A stretch of 62,880 bases of DNA, counting the filler, from Squatina squatina (taxonomy: Eukaryota): assembly GCA_031763465.1 (NCBI GenBank). It is 4 parts of 4 records of this genome, joined end to end, with 100 filler letters (N's around TTAATTAATTAA, not from the genome) between each part and the next. Parts side by side here need not be neighbours in the genome. Positions count along the whole stretch, not along the records: positions 44,415 to 62,880 come from JARFOE010000115.1; 3 more parts are not named here. One strand, given 5' to 3'. The notes beneath the pieces were generated by a model. The model made no database searches. It worked only from the letters and a program-made list of their open reading frames with translations, and was not told the origin of the DNA. Of the stretch, positions 46,516 through 59,740 are shown one piece after another; the first letter of the stretch is position 1; every line of letters starts with the position of its first letter. A program made the position numbers and the translations under genes.

Positions 46516-49500
46516 GAGAAAACAATAACAAGTGCAACAGTTAAAGCAAGAATTTTTATGAAAAGTAATACTTAGCAACATTTTGTTACTTGTTTCAGAA
46601 GAGTTCAATGGAACCTCTTGTTAATTTTAAGTGATGTGCATGAAAGTCTTTTGCATTGTGTTATACATTTTGCCCAAATTTAAGACAGGTTTGCCAAGGC
46701 GCTATCTTATGAATTCAGTGCCCGTTTAAATGTAATCAGAGTGAGCAATAGAAGCTGGCTTTTGACTGGAGACCCTCCACCTCTTGCTACTAATGAAATA
46801 CGGCATTATTATTACGATTGTGTGACTTTTTACAAGACAGACTACATGACTGTTTCTGACATCTACTCTCAGCAAGTCAGCATCCCATAGTTGAAGGCTC
46901 TGAATACAGATTGAAGCTGCCAGTTTTAGGAGGATCAAAGTCCCAGCACAGACTGGCCACATAGGAATTTTTCTTTTCTGGTGCTTGCATGAATGAGCAG
47001 ATTGTTAGTACTTCTAACCACTTTGATTAAAAATTCCTGTATGTGGTTCTCAGCCAGAAAAACATAACAAAACCCCAGCATTCACCATTTAGCCTATAAG
47101 TTTCTAATTACTGCGCCAAAGAGTTTTCATTGTTTTCATGATAAATGCCAGTTAAAAGCAGGGTTGACAGAACACAGCCTGTTTATTTTTCTCCTCAGAT
47201 TTGATGGATTTTTGACTTTTTATTATTACCACGGGGATTCGCCGCAAGTATGCCCAAGGTTTGATATGGACTGATGCGCATGTTTTGCAGTACATTTCTG
47301 GCCCATTGTCTGGAAAATAAGCACTATTTACTACATCATTCATATTTCTCCTTTACAGCCTTGTTATTAGTGCACAAGGTACAACAGACAGGGAGACAAC
47401 CCTCCCACAGCAGTAGAGAAAAGGCAAATCAGTAAAGTAAAATGGAAAGGAGCAATGTGCCATATGGCCAGGACACATAGAACAGAAGAAGAGTAACAGT
47501 GGCGTGAAGCATTTAGGAAGTATGTAAAACACAGAAATATGACCCTTCTCAATGGCTTAATGGAAAATATAGCTCTTGGTTTGGCCCTGAAGCCTACAGA
47601 CCCTGGAAGGTCTCAGGTGCAAGCTACCAAACGTCAGCCAGGGTATTGATAGCAAGGCTTCAATTGATCTCACATTCATGGGCTAGAGAGGGGATAAGTC
47701 AGCTAGCTCTCCCAAAGCTGATTGGTATCCATTGATCCCTGCTGGAACATCTNNNNNNNNNNNNNNNNNNNNNNNNNNNNNNNNNNNNNNNNNNNNNNNN
47801 NNNNNNNNNNNNNNNNNNNNNNNNNNNNNNNNNNNNNNNNNNNNNNNNNNNNCTTTCCTCCTCCATCAAAACATCCTTGACAGTTTCCTCTATCTAAGCT
47901 TTCAGTACAATCAATAACACAAACTGCTGCCACTGTGCAAAATGATAACCATATCACTAGCCCTCTGTTGTAGTCTCATCGGGATCGTGTATGATACTTT
48001 TAATATTCTGAAACATTCAAAACTCTCTAGCTCCCGGTAAAAGAATATGGCTCTGCTTAAAACTTTCCATAACAGATCTGTAATTGAATATCATCTGTTT
48101 CACGGTTTCCACTTAAAAGTGTCAACTGCCTAACAGAAATAAGAATAAACCAGTACAACTTCAAAGATGGTTTAACAGTATCCACGATAAAGGCCTTTGC
48201 TGCTGAAAGAGTTTCATCATTTGCGGTACTTACCCTGGATGCAGCGACACCCCTGTCCCATTTTCCAGTCATTTGCTCAACATTTCGGTCAGAAGCCAGC
48301 CAGAATTGGACTGAATATCCAGGGAAAATTAATCATTTTATTTCTTGATGAAAACTAAGTGGTGTAAGGAGGGATGCTCTGCACTTGCCAAAAAAAATCT
48401 TACGATAAAGTAAACAGAGAAAGGAGCAGATGGTTTTGCTATTACAAGACACTAACCTGGCAATATTTATTTCAGTTATGCAATTTGGCTTCTGACTTTT
48501 CAAAGTTCCTTTTCCTGAGCTCCAATCTTCCTTGCTATGTAAGCACAGGAATTTAAAGATGACAAACGAAACAGTTTGGCAAAAGTCAGAAAATCAATCA
48601 TTTATGACCATCTTAGTTCCCTTGTCGAAGCACCACCCAACATCACAGGATTATGTTACAAATGCCAATTAGAAAAGTCAGCATCTGTTAGCTAGTAATT
48701 GGAATCCTGTTGCCTGCAAACATATAATACAAATAATTTCCTGTTAAGTGTAGTTTTCCAGTCCCATTCCCACATTCATCACTGGAAATAAAAGTCTGTT
48801 ATTTGTTCTTGTCTGAGCTCTAACCAATGTGTGCATCTGTCCATTGGTCTTGGAGCAATCTAAAATATTATCAGGTTGAGCAGATTTTCCTGGTAGCGCT
48901 CATGATAAATCAGAGGTTTCCTTGTTCCAAGCTGAAAAGAGTTGGAGACAGGTTTCTAAGAGATCTCCTGAAAGGCTGTGATGTGCGTATTTTTTGAATA
49001 TTTCCTGGAAAATAAACAAATAAAATAATAATATTTCTCAATCTATTGGATAAGTATATTGGATATACAGAAGTGCAGGAGCGGCAGGGCTTACACAGTC
49101 ATTTAGATCCTCTGCTTGGTTGTAATACCGGTCGAAGTACAGCAGGGCGGGACTTCTGGATATCACTAGGAGGTGCCCTTGAGCCCATACAGGTCTCTTG
49201 GGTCAGGATCATTGAAATAATTCTGGCAGGCTCCTCGGTGTCTGCCCAGAAACCTACCTGGGAGAACCAGAGAATAGCCATGGCAGACTAGGAGGCCATC
49301 AGCAATGTAGCATGGCCTAAGCCCTTCAACACAGTGAAGAGGTGATGACTATAATTTACAAATAGGCTAAGTATTCCTAGAAAGTATGGTTGACTCCTTG
49401 GCATACCTGGTAGGGTTGTTAATCCTCTTGTGTTGCTATGGATGGGGTGGTTAGGTTTGCAATGATATCCTTAGGCTTCTCCTGCTGGTGTTGCTGTGCC

Positions 49501-50053
49501 GTTCTCCTTGCTAGATGCTATCTTGGGATTTCAATCAAGCACCCCTTCCTCTGCCTAATTTCTGCTAGTTGCGCTTCCTTGGCCTCAGCCGCCTAATTCA
49601 TCCTCCAGATCTTTGAAACATCTTCCTTTAAAGATCTTCTTGAAACGTCTGATTTATTTTAAGCTGCCCTTTTAAGCTACTGCGGGCCTTTAAGTGCTTC
49701 ATGCAAATTTGGCTGACCTTGGAAACTCCGTCAGGGAGAACCCAGTTCTCGCTCTGTGAGCAGGAATCCCACTTTAGCATTTTTCTGCTCAGACTTCTAT
49801 CCAAGCAGAAATTCTAGGCTGTCAGTTTTTGTTTTAACAAAAAGGGTGTTTTATCATGTAAAATAGAATTTAGTATCAGGGCCACTGATTTACAGTCATG
49901 GAATGAGTCAAGTTCCATTTTTATTACATGGTATCCTCAGATTTTAACCAGTCNNNNNNNNNNNNNNNNNNNNNNNNNNNNNNNNNNNNNNNNNNNNNNN
50001 NNNNNNNNNNNNNNNNNNNNNNNNNNNNNNNNNNNNNNNNNNNNNNNNNNNNN

Positions 50054-50350
50054 TCAGTAACCAGAGGACACAGATTTAAGGTGATTGGCAAAAGAACCAG
50101 AGGCGACATGAGGAAAACTAATTTTACACAGCGAGTTGTTATGATCTGGGATGCACTGCCTGAAAGGGTGGTAGAAGCAGATTCAGTAATAACATTCAAA
50201 AGAGAATTGGATAACTACTTGAAGGAAAAACATGACAGGGCTATGGGGAAAGAGCAGGGGAGTGGGACAAATTGGATATCTTTACTAAAGTGCTGCACCA
50301 CCATGAGAGGCCGAATGGCCTCCTTCTGTGATGTATCATTCTATGATTCT
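50054..50350 (+). mobile_element. CR1 LINE 3' end
   Basis: SVTRGHRFKVIGKRTRGDMRKTNFTQRVVMIWDALPERVVEADSVITFKRELDNYL; tail ATTCTATGATTCT. Confidence 0.88.
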
Positions 50351-51846
50351 ATAAAAGATGCCCACTAACTCTACCTGCACCTCCATCTTGACGAGGTTCA
50401 TATCCAACATCAAGCCAAATTGGCTTTCCTGTAAGTAAATAATTAATGTCATATAATGCTAATGGCACTTCATTATTCAAATAGAAGGGCATAGATTTTT
50501 CTGTGGAATTTAAGTTAATCAGTTTTCTTCCTGGAAGCGTGTCATACTTAGTTAAGTGACGATTCTTTCCATATACTAGCTACTAGGTTTGAATGTCAAT
50601 CTCCACGTAAATCTGTGATCATTAGCACAGTGATATTAATGTCTGGTCTTAAAATAGCCTTTATTAAATATAGTACGGAACACTTGAGATCAACTGTAAC
50701 AAGATCAAATCTCACTTGAGATTCTTTTTAAGTCCATGTACAAGATTTTTTCCATTCAGTAAAGTATCAACACCATTCATTTCTGTGAGGGTGCATCCTT
50801 TTGACCACTTTTGGCAGAAGATCCATGGAAACCCTGCATAAATAATGTAAAGGCCGTTTAAGCCTCCTCTCTGAGAATCCCGCAGAATTTTCTCCAATGT
50901 TGCAGCAATCATGAGAACCCCTGCAGAAATTATATTCCAGAATTTCTTGGTAAAGATTAATTTTAGCAGATGAAATCCTGCTTAAAATTTAAACTTTTAA
51001 ATAAGTTCTGTTCATTTAGATCAAGCTTCCCCCTTCCATAATACAATAATCATGGTGAATTGGAAGAGATTAGAGAAGCATGCAAAGTTAGTCAAAGGGA
51101 ATGCAATTGATTTAACTACCCATGGTTGCCAATAATAACAGCTTCTTTGTTTCAGTTTTTTTTGTCCGCTAGTAATTACATCATCCAGATTTCCCACATT
51201 GCTCTTTGATTCCATTGGGGAAGTACAAGTATGCTGGCAGAGCAGTCATACTGCAGTCCTGACTTTCTAGCTCTGACTAATAACCCTGAGCTACTACTGA
51301 ATAAAACCGGGCTGTAACCGTCACTATTATATGTAAACATAGAGCTCTCCACCCTTTTAACCTCCATATGTGAGTCTGCTTCCAGCTGATTACATTCCAG
51401 TACATTTTTGGACATATATGTCATTTAACATTGTTTTCATTTGGCAATGTACTGACCAGGGCAGAGGTCCATGTGTTACCACCAATGCCAGTCAACAGTT
51501 TGTAGTATTCAATCTTTTAATTATTAGTGGGGCTAATGTAGAGCTTGTGCACAATAAAAACTTGAAACCATTGCAGAAGTGATGTAGAGATCAGAAAGTC
51601 AAGTGAAAACTATGAATGTGTTTCTGTATACAGTCCAAGATTTATGACTTTTTCGTGTGTGCAAACGATCCAACAACATAAAACGACAAAAACTGGCCTC
51701 CTGAGCTTGTTCATACAGGGTTGACTCTCTACTGACAGGTTTCTGCCCATTGTTCTATGATTCTATGATTGTCAAAATTCACCAATTTAGCCACTTATTA
51801 TGGCCTAGATGCAATTACCTAATGACTTAGTTAGATCATTCAACAT

Positions 51847-52530
51847 GGGGGTGGAATTTCCATGGGATTTCTCCCGATCATCCACCCCAACTTCTGCAGA
51901 AGACCTGGGGAATCTCCCCAAGAAACAGCATAAACTCCATTTCTCTAGGGGAATGGTTTCCATGGATTTTCTGCTGAAGTTGTGGCAGACGATTGAAAGA
52001 ACACCCACAGAAGAGTCATGCCTCCACAGCCAGCTCGTCCGATGAGAAAAAAAAATTGGACCATCTGCCTCGCCAGCAGTGGCCCTCAGGTAAGTCCAGC
52101 GATGGGGGTTGGATCAGGCTCCGGGGCAGGGCGGGTGGCTGGGGAGAGGGGACAATCATGACAACTGTGGAGTCAGGGGATCACTCTTGCTCCTCCTGGC
52201 TCCACAGGGAGGGTTTAAAAAAATTATTTTGACACTTTCCTTGAGGGGGCCACCGAAGAATCCTGAGCAGGACTGGCCTGATGACTGCTCCCCTCATGTT
52301 TCTAAAGGAATCCTACAGCAGGTGTTAGGTCCCTTATTAACATATTCAATTTCCTAATGCACATGTTAGGAATCCACCCACGACGTCTAAAACAATCGAT
52401 CAAACAAATTTAGCAGTGGGTCCAGCGCCTGCACAGATTGGAATCAGACTGTAATACTGCTACATTGGTATGCCTTGCGCCCATTTTATGCTGAAGAATC
52501 CGATGCAACGCATACTAATTTCTATCCCAC
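51847..52530. mobile_element. GC-richer MITE-like element(s)
   Basis: Starts GGGGGTGGAATTT and ends AATTTCTATCCCAC; CAT flanks both sides; TIR match is imperfect. Confidence 0.35.
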
Positions 52531-53798
52531 CATCTCTAAGACAAAAGGATAACTATAGACTTACAATATAATGCATTCTTTATTTTCTTTTCCTTCATAT
52601 AAATTTTGAATTAAGTCAGTCAGATTGTGTCTTGGGCTCGGGCGGGGAAAATATAGCTGGGGTTCTCAGTCTTAAATGCTATCCAGTAACCCTGCCAAAA
52701 TGTATATGTGAGAGGTGGTCAGGTGAGGAAGGCCGTGAAGTGCCTAGGCTCATACATGAGCAGTTTTTGGCTATGCTGAATTTATGCTAGCTCAGAGGTC
52801 AGAGAGAGCAGAGGAGCTGCCTCCCCCAGACAGTAAGGAGTTGGGAGCAGGCAGCCATCTTGGTGCTTGGGGAGCGAAACATTTTTTTGAGTTGTTAAAA
52901 CCTACTTGTTAGTTACTCCACATATCTGAGTCTGATTCTAATTAAAAGAACCCACATCCCANNNNNNNNNNNNNNNNNNNNNNNNNNNNNNNNNNNNNNN
53001 NNNNNNNNNNNNNNNNNNNNNNNNNNNNNNNNNNNNNNNNNNNNNNNNNNNNNNNNNNNNNGTTCACAAATTGGCTGCAGCAAAAAAGGTCATTCAGCCA
53101 TGGAATGACCTGCTTCTATGCCGTATATCCTGTATAATAATGTGTGAACTTCAATAGTAGTTCATTGGCTGTGAAGTACTTCGAGAAGTGAAAGGTGCTA
53201 CTGTATATAGATGCAAATTCTTTACTTTGATCTTTATTATGAATCATACTAATTTTCATCAATTTGCATTTTACCTTTTCACTGTAAGAGTGATCCATTT
53301 TTCTTGCCTGAAGTTGGAAGTTCTTATGAAAGGATTGCATCTCACAGCTCTGCTTCTTTCTATAACCCCAGTTTTGTAAGTTCTATTGCACTCTTTGTGA
53401 TTTGTATTTCTGCTCTGTTGAATGATGATGATAATTGCATGCATGAAACACCCCCAAAGTCAATCATATCAGAAGTAATTCAGTGGCCTGCGTGGGTGCT
53501 CTTCAATGTCTACTGCAGAAGATTTCTCCTCCTATAACCGCATACCTTTTGTGTCATGCAGTTAAAGAAGCACTCACTGCCTTTTGTTATGGCCTTTCTG
53601 CCTGGAATAAAATTAGAAGCAGATGTGCCGAATTGGAAGGGATCATTGTGGTATGCACTCATGTCCCTGGGCAATAGACTGAGATTGCCCAGAATCATTT
53701 CACTGAGTATCTGTATCACCCAAAAGAAAGAGCAGCTTCTCATTGAATTTTATGGGTTGGATTAAAAGCCAAGTCCTAGAGGTAAAAGTCTAATGTGT

Positions 53799-54195
53799 CA
53801 GCCATGGTTCAGCGGTTGTGTTCTTGCTTTTGAATCAGAAGGTTTATGGGTTCTAAGCCCCATTCCCGAGATGTGATCCAGTGTAATACTGTCTGCTCTG
53901 ATGTCAGTGTTTTGGATGAGGTGTCCTACCGAGGCCCCATCTGTCTGCTCAGATGAATGTAAAAGATCCGATGGCGCAATTTGAAGGTCAGAGGAGTCCT
54001 GCCAATCTCCTGGCAAGTATGTATCCCTCCAACAATACCATCAAAGTTGTCATTTACCTCATTGCTGTTTGTGGGATGTAGCTGTGTACAAATTGACTGC
54101 TGTGTTTGCCTACATTACAACAGTGACCATATTTTAAAAATAATTAATGAAACACTTTTGAACATCCCGAGGACTTAAAGATGTTATATAAATAT
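53799..54195 (+). mobile_element. Deu-domain SINE with tRNA-like head, diverged full-length copy
   Basis: CAGCCATGGTTCAGCGGT...GAATCAGAAGGTTTATGGGTTCTAAGCCCCA head, TTTTGGATGAG...CCGAGGCCCCATCTG...GTAAAAGATCC Deu core, and tail. Confidence 0.75.
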
Positions 54196-54204
54196 ATTTT
54201 GGCC

Positions 54205-54479
54205 ATTGCCTCAGGCTGAACCAGACAGTTAGTAATCAACCTGAAGTTGACTGTTCGCTCTCTTGGCGTCCTATTTGATTCCGAGCTGAGGTTAGGATCG
54301 CATATACTCCCCATCACAAAGACCATCTACTTCCACTTCTAACATTGACTGTCCCTGCCTCAGCCCATCTGCCACTGAAACTCTTTTCAATACCTTTGTC
54401 ACCCCCAGACTCCTATATTCCAATGCTGCCCTGGCTGGCCTTCCATTCTCCACTGTCCATAAACTTCAGCTCATGCAAA
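54205..54479 (+). mobile_element. L2-like RT C-terminal fragment
   Basis: VRSLGVLFDSEL....HI..ITKT.YFH...FVTPR..YSNA.LAGLP...KLQL.Q. Confidence 0.6.
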
Positions 54480-54579
54480 NNNNNNNNNNNNNNNNNNNNN
54501 NNNNNNNNNNNNNNNNNNNNNNNNNNNNNNNNNNNNNNNNNNNNNNNNNNNNNNNNNNNNNNNNNNNNNNNNNNNNNNN

Positions 54580-54672
54580 CCTTTCCTCATAGGACAATCC
54601 CTCCATACCCGGAATCATCCTAGTAAACCTTCTCTGAACCGCCTCCAATGAATTTACATCCTTCCTTAAATA
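54580..54672 (-). mobile_element. CR1 fragment
   Basis: Reverse strand YLRKDVNSLEAVQRRFTRMIPGMEGLSYEER. Confidence 0.85.
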
Positions 54673-55134
54673 TGTATGGTACTGAAACTCCCAGTCTTCT
54701 GACTTAGAAGCAAGAGTGCTACCATTTAAGCCAAGGTGACATAGCAAAAAGGGACTGTTCATCATTTTGCTAGAAATAACAACTGGGGAATAACCTTGAT
54801 GACCACATTTAAGATGCTACAAGATGCAGCAACCAGAGCAACTTTCCCCCAGCCTCAGAGAAATGAAGACCAAATATAATACAAGTAGATTACACTTAAA
54901 GGGGCTTTGCCCGGTGATTCATAAATAAAACTTGTTTTTAAAGAGACGTTGTCACAGCACAGAATGCCATTATGATGGCCCCGTGAAACATTTTCATTGC
55001 AACAGAATTTATCTGCTCTGCCACAAAGCATTATTGAATATCAATAAGACATCACATCCAAGCCATATTCTAGCCTCATCCAACTCCCACACATTCAAGT
55101 ATCATTGGGTAGTAACAAACAGTATGAAACTATA

Positions 55135-55275
55135 CTAATGTTTCCCTCCCTGGGCTGTGGAGACCAAGTAACATTGTAGTAATTTATTGCAATCTCAGAT
55201 AATAATCAGCTAAACCAGCACAGGCCAAGATAACGCCAAGGAATTCCCTGGTCTATGTGACTCAGTGTCACACCT
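55135..55275 (-). mobile_element. Family-B SINE-like head, reversed
   Basis: ATCAGCTAAACCAGCACAGGCCAAG...CCTGGTCTATGTGACTCAG is the reverse complement of the head at 1390-1457. Confidence 0.45.
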
Positions 55276-56550
55276 ATTAAGGTGGCCTTAATGAAATGTT
55301 CATATGTGTTGAAAAACACTGACCAGCAGATATGTACAGCGATTGTGTAACTGACCTATAAGTAATTCATGATTCCTTTAAGTAGTGCTGATGGGGGGGT
55401 CCTTCATGCCATGGAATTCTTGCTTAGCTGTGTAAGGTTGTGTTGCACACTGATTGACATCATAATCTGCTTGCTCTGCATGCTGCTGGCGGTTGTTAGG
55501 TGCGCGCACACATACCTCTTTACCAAAATGGTGTCTAGTGCACTTCCTAGTTTTCGATCTTTAGGATTAGCACCTAAAAAACGGGCATTGCAGAGCCCAA
55601 TTTCTTCCACAGTACCTTTAGATGAAGAGAGCAAAAAATTGGACAAGGAAACATTTTCTTGGTAGCTTTCACATTTAGTTCCACAAGCGTGATTCACAGG
55701 AGGCAGTGCCAACAATAATAGGCTTGCCATCCAGAATAGCAGCCAGAGTCATCCGCTCTATCATTACCTATCCACATGTCATGATACACAGGAAGATGGC
55801 TGCATCTGTGGTTTTGGCTTTGCTTCATTCAAGTTTAATCTTTCAGTGTGCCAAAGTCTTTTCTAAAGAAGAGACTTTCCGCTCTAAACAGATAACGGTA
55901 GTGACATTGCGAGGACAGGACGGGGAAAGTGTTGTAATCCCTGCTTGATGCCACTATTTTATTAGAAGTCTGTAACTGAAGTTTTATTGCTGGAAATGAG
56001 ACAAAACCGCATTGCGTGACCGGCTCTGCTGATGGTACTCTCCTCTGATGATGAGAGGATTTGCAGTGTTAATTCAGTACAGACCAGCAGATCCGATGCA
56101 AAACTGGAAACATTCCCATGTTTCTGAAGTCCGTAACTAAAGAAAACTGTGCCGAACAGTGTTAATAAATCAAGTTCACTGCTTCAAAACCTTTGAACTA
56201 AGATTCAATCTTGTGTTTTATGTTACTATTAGCTAACAATAGTATAAGAGGACACTTCTCTCATTAAAATAATATTGGAAAGGAAAACACTTCGGCACCG
56301 CAAAGATGACCACTCCATCTCCTTATTTCCTAGAATCATCTGGAGTTTAGCGGAAGCCGTGGCTTGAAGTGCAAAACGTAAATGCAATACAAAAAACATT
56401 TGAAAAACCCACAACAAAGAAAAAAAAAAGACACAGGAAACGGAGTCAAACGCGGCCGAGATCTCACTTCCCAACGCCACGCAACCTGCAATCATACCAA
56501 CGACGTCAGACAGGTGTGGACCCTCTGGCCTGTCCCGTAAAACGCTGGTA

Positions 56551-56810
56551 CAAATATAAAAACAGAGAATGCTGGAAACACTCAGCAGGCCAGGCTGGAA
56601 AAAGTTAAGAGATGTAGCAGGTTTTTAAACAAGTGCAGGGGTGGGGAAAGGGGGGAAGGGGGAGGAAAGAACAAAAGGGAAGGTCGGTGATAGGGCAGAA
56701 GGCGGGAGAGATTAAGGGACAAAATGGGATGAAGGCGGAAGGAGATGGTAAGGGTCCAAGTAGAGAAATAAAAGGTAGTTCTGGAAGAGGTGTAAATTTG
56801 GCATTTAATC
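56551..56810. mobile_element. Penelope-like terminal fragment
   Basis: AAAACAGAGAATGCTGGAAACACTCAGCAGGCCAGGC followed by a purine-rich GGGGAGGAAAGAACAAAAGGGAAGGTC segment; family name from recall. Confidence 0.45.
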
Positions 56811-57774
56811 TCTCCCGCCTCCCACCCCCAATTGTGATACCTTGTGTTATTGCAATATATACACCCCACCCCACCAAAAAAACCACATAATCATTCTGTA
56901 TAGCCATAGAAACATAGAAAATAGGAGCAGGAGNNNNNNNNNNNNNNNNNNNNNNNNNNNNNNNNNNNNNNNNNNNNNNNNNNNNNNNNNNNNNNNNNNN
57001 NNNNNNNNNNNNNNNNNNNNNNNNNNNNNNNNNAGGCCATGACCTACAAAACTGCCCTCACTTTGCAATTTCATTCATGAGGTCACAGGAAGGCTGCTGC
57101 AGGAAATGAAAGAATGTTACACATGTATTGTCTATATTTGCTTGCTCACAGTTTAAAGACTAAAATGAAATCTGATGTGATGCTTTATTGCTTTCAAAGG
57201 CGAGAGAAGAATCTTGGAGGCATGAGACCAGTTACCAGTAACTAAAGCAATTACTAGCAAGGTTGCTCAGTTTGTTACCTAGGACACATTACTGATAGAT
57301 TACATTACAAGTAAATCATACACCACAAGGGAAATTGCACTACAATCTGGAAAAAATGACAAAACTCTTTGTATAAGAACTTTGAGTTCTGCCAGCATTT
57401 CTTATTAGGAGAGTGTACCCAGTTCTAAACAGATGCAGAACATCTGCATGCCTTGCCAATTAGTAAACTTGTAAAGATGTGATCTTATTTTGTGAGGTGC
57501 AAAAAGGCTTATATGTAGAAAAATAGCTTCTGGGAGGGTCACTTATAAGCTGTAAATTCCTACTCAGGATAAAGATATCAATACATATATCTTTATAAAT
57601 GACACCCGACCTCTGAGATAGAATCACTGCTTTTAACCCATCCTGGGTATATCCTAATTTATATAATGTATAATGCACGCATTATTTAGTCACATTTCTT
57701 TTTGTGCAAATTTTATGCTTATCAAGGTGAAGGATGTGAGTGCTGTTGAATAGACCATTTTCCATTTTGTGCAT

Positions 57775-58090
57775 CTTGTGTCAACATCAAGCACTTCTAG
57801 GTCAGATATAGGATGGCCAAGTACAAAGTAAAGCGTTATTATCTATGCTTCAACCTGGTGCCTCAATCTGTGGAATCCCCTGTGACACACATTTTTCCAT
57901 TTCGCAGATCAGCCAGCCTGTGACCTCCCTGAGTGATACTGCCAATTTAGTGCCAAACTTGAGGCAATTTTGTGCTGTGAAGCCATAACTGGATTGAAGC
58001 TGCCCAAACTCATTCCACAGCAACAGACAGATGATGCTTTGCTCCCATTAGTCAGAGATGGATTTGAACCAAGTCCAAAAGGTGCATTCA
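57775..58090 (-). mobile_element. LF-SINE-like element copy
   Basis: GTGCCTCAATC, CTGCCAATTTAGTGCCAA, CCAAACTCATTCCACA, GGATTTGAACC (reversed B-box); colinear with 29025-29350. Confidence 0.55.
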
Positions 58091-58724
58091 CATTATTAAG
58101 TACTTTTTTTATATTGAAATTATCATTTGATGGGCTAAATTTGCTAGGAATGTCAGGAACTACATGCAAGAATGGTTGATAAAATAGCTGCACCAGGATT
58201 AACACACATTTCATAAGTTATACAATAGTGTTGTAAATTAGGTGTTTGGATAGGCCTGTCCTAATAATCAAACAATTTTCTATACGGTTCAGGTTAATTT
58301 GAAAATTGCCTCCTGTCAAATTTAGGTAATCTATAAGCAGAATTCCACAAAATTTAATTTGTACCACAAGATTATGCCACAGAGTTAGGGAAATCCAAAG
58401 GCTTCCCATAGGATTCAGGGTACATCCCAGCTTCGGATAAAATTGTGAGAAATTGTGAAACAAGCCCATTGCTTGGACAGAATGCAAAATAGTTCCTGAA
58501 GTTACTTCTCAGTGGAATCTACCACTGTTGCTGTTACAGCACCACAGAAAAATACTTCAACTAAATTTCAGATTGTTTATTATTTTTCACATTTAAACAG
58601 TAATAATTGAATAGTAAATAGGATATTGTAATGGTGGCAGACATGCGCAGAACATACAATAGATAGAAACTAATTAAACTATGTAAGTGCACTTAAGTGC
58701 CTTAAAGAGACAGGCCTCTTCTTG

Positions 58725-59055
58725 ATGGCTCAGTTGGTAGGTATATCAGGAAGATCCTAGCTTCTATTGACACGAATGCCGGGTTAGTTGATCTCAGCTG
58801 GGAATGGCAACAATTGGCCTCAGTGTCCTGAGCTAGGAGGAGGAAAAAAAAAATCAATCAGAGCTGCCACCCCTGATCACTATCCAGCAAATCCTAGGGA
58901 AAGTGGAAGTGTGAATGTTGGATGAGAACAAAGTTGAGTTAGGGCTGTGATGCCAACGATCCTTGCCGAAACTTACAGATGACGAATGGGCACTTGAGTA
59001 CGGTATGAGAGTGATTGGTAGCTCTCGAACGATGTCTCAGTACAAGAGAGGTGGG
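58725..59055 (+). mobile_element. Family-B SINE-like copy
   Basis: TGGCTCAGTTGGTA (A-box-like), GTTAGTTGATCTCAGC, ACAATTGGCCTCAG, CCTGATCACTATCCAG, GGGCTGTGATGCC. Confidence 0.6.
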
Positions 59056-59248
59056 AATACATCCAATTAAAATCCAATCTGCATTCTCTTAATTGTTCAA
59101 ATAGGTCCAGTTCAGAATTAGTGGAGTCAAAAACTCAGTTTAGAGTTCNNNNNNNNNNNNNNNNNNNNNNNNNNNNNNNNNNNNNNNNNNNNNNNNNNNN
59201 NNNNNNNNNNNNNNNNNNNNNNNNNNNNNNNNNNNNNNNNNNNNNNNN

Positions 59249-59740
59249 GGCCCCCAGGGCCTGAGTGACGGGTGAAAAAAAAAGGTCCAGATGAAAGTAA
59301 GCTTTTTTTCAGCGAGATGCAAAACGAAGTGGAGTTGGAAAGGGGTGTGAGAATATGGGTGACGAGTGATACAGGGATGTGATAAGAAATGGTTTTGTTT
59401 GTGATTGAGACCATGGGAGTAGAGATGCCACATGAAATAGCAAGGTCAAGCAGGTGGCTGTGAATATGGGTAGGAGGGGTTTAGGGAGAACAGGAAGACA
59501 GTGAATTTAGAGAGGGGGCAGTGGTAGCTGAGATGGAGAGTGATGAGGAACTGCTCAGTATAGAGACTGAAGGAGCAAAAGAGGGAGGATACCTCGGTGA
59601 GAAGCTCAGGGTGCAGTAGACACTAAGGATTTTATAAAGGGGAGAAACGAAGGTGAGGTGTTCGAAGAAGGCGGCGGAGGGACCAAGTCGTAATTTGGTG
59701 ATAAGGTGCCAAGCTGATATCAAGAAAGGGGATCCCACAT
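59249..59740 (-). mobile_element. L2-like LINE endonuclease-region fragment, decayed
   Basis: Reverse strand has a Ser/Leu/Pro-rich EN-like stretch (FEHL.....YKIL.VY; P.HIH.H.LDLAIS.G; ISYH) typical of L2 ORF2. Confidence 0.45.

Noticed and set aside
55369-55948. Cluster of 80-108 aa ORFs on both strands
   Set aside because: No recognisable motifs, no convincing splice-site pairs, and lengths near chance expectation.
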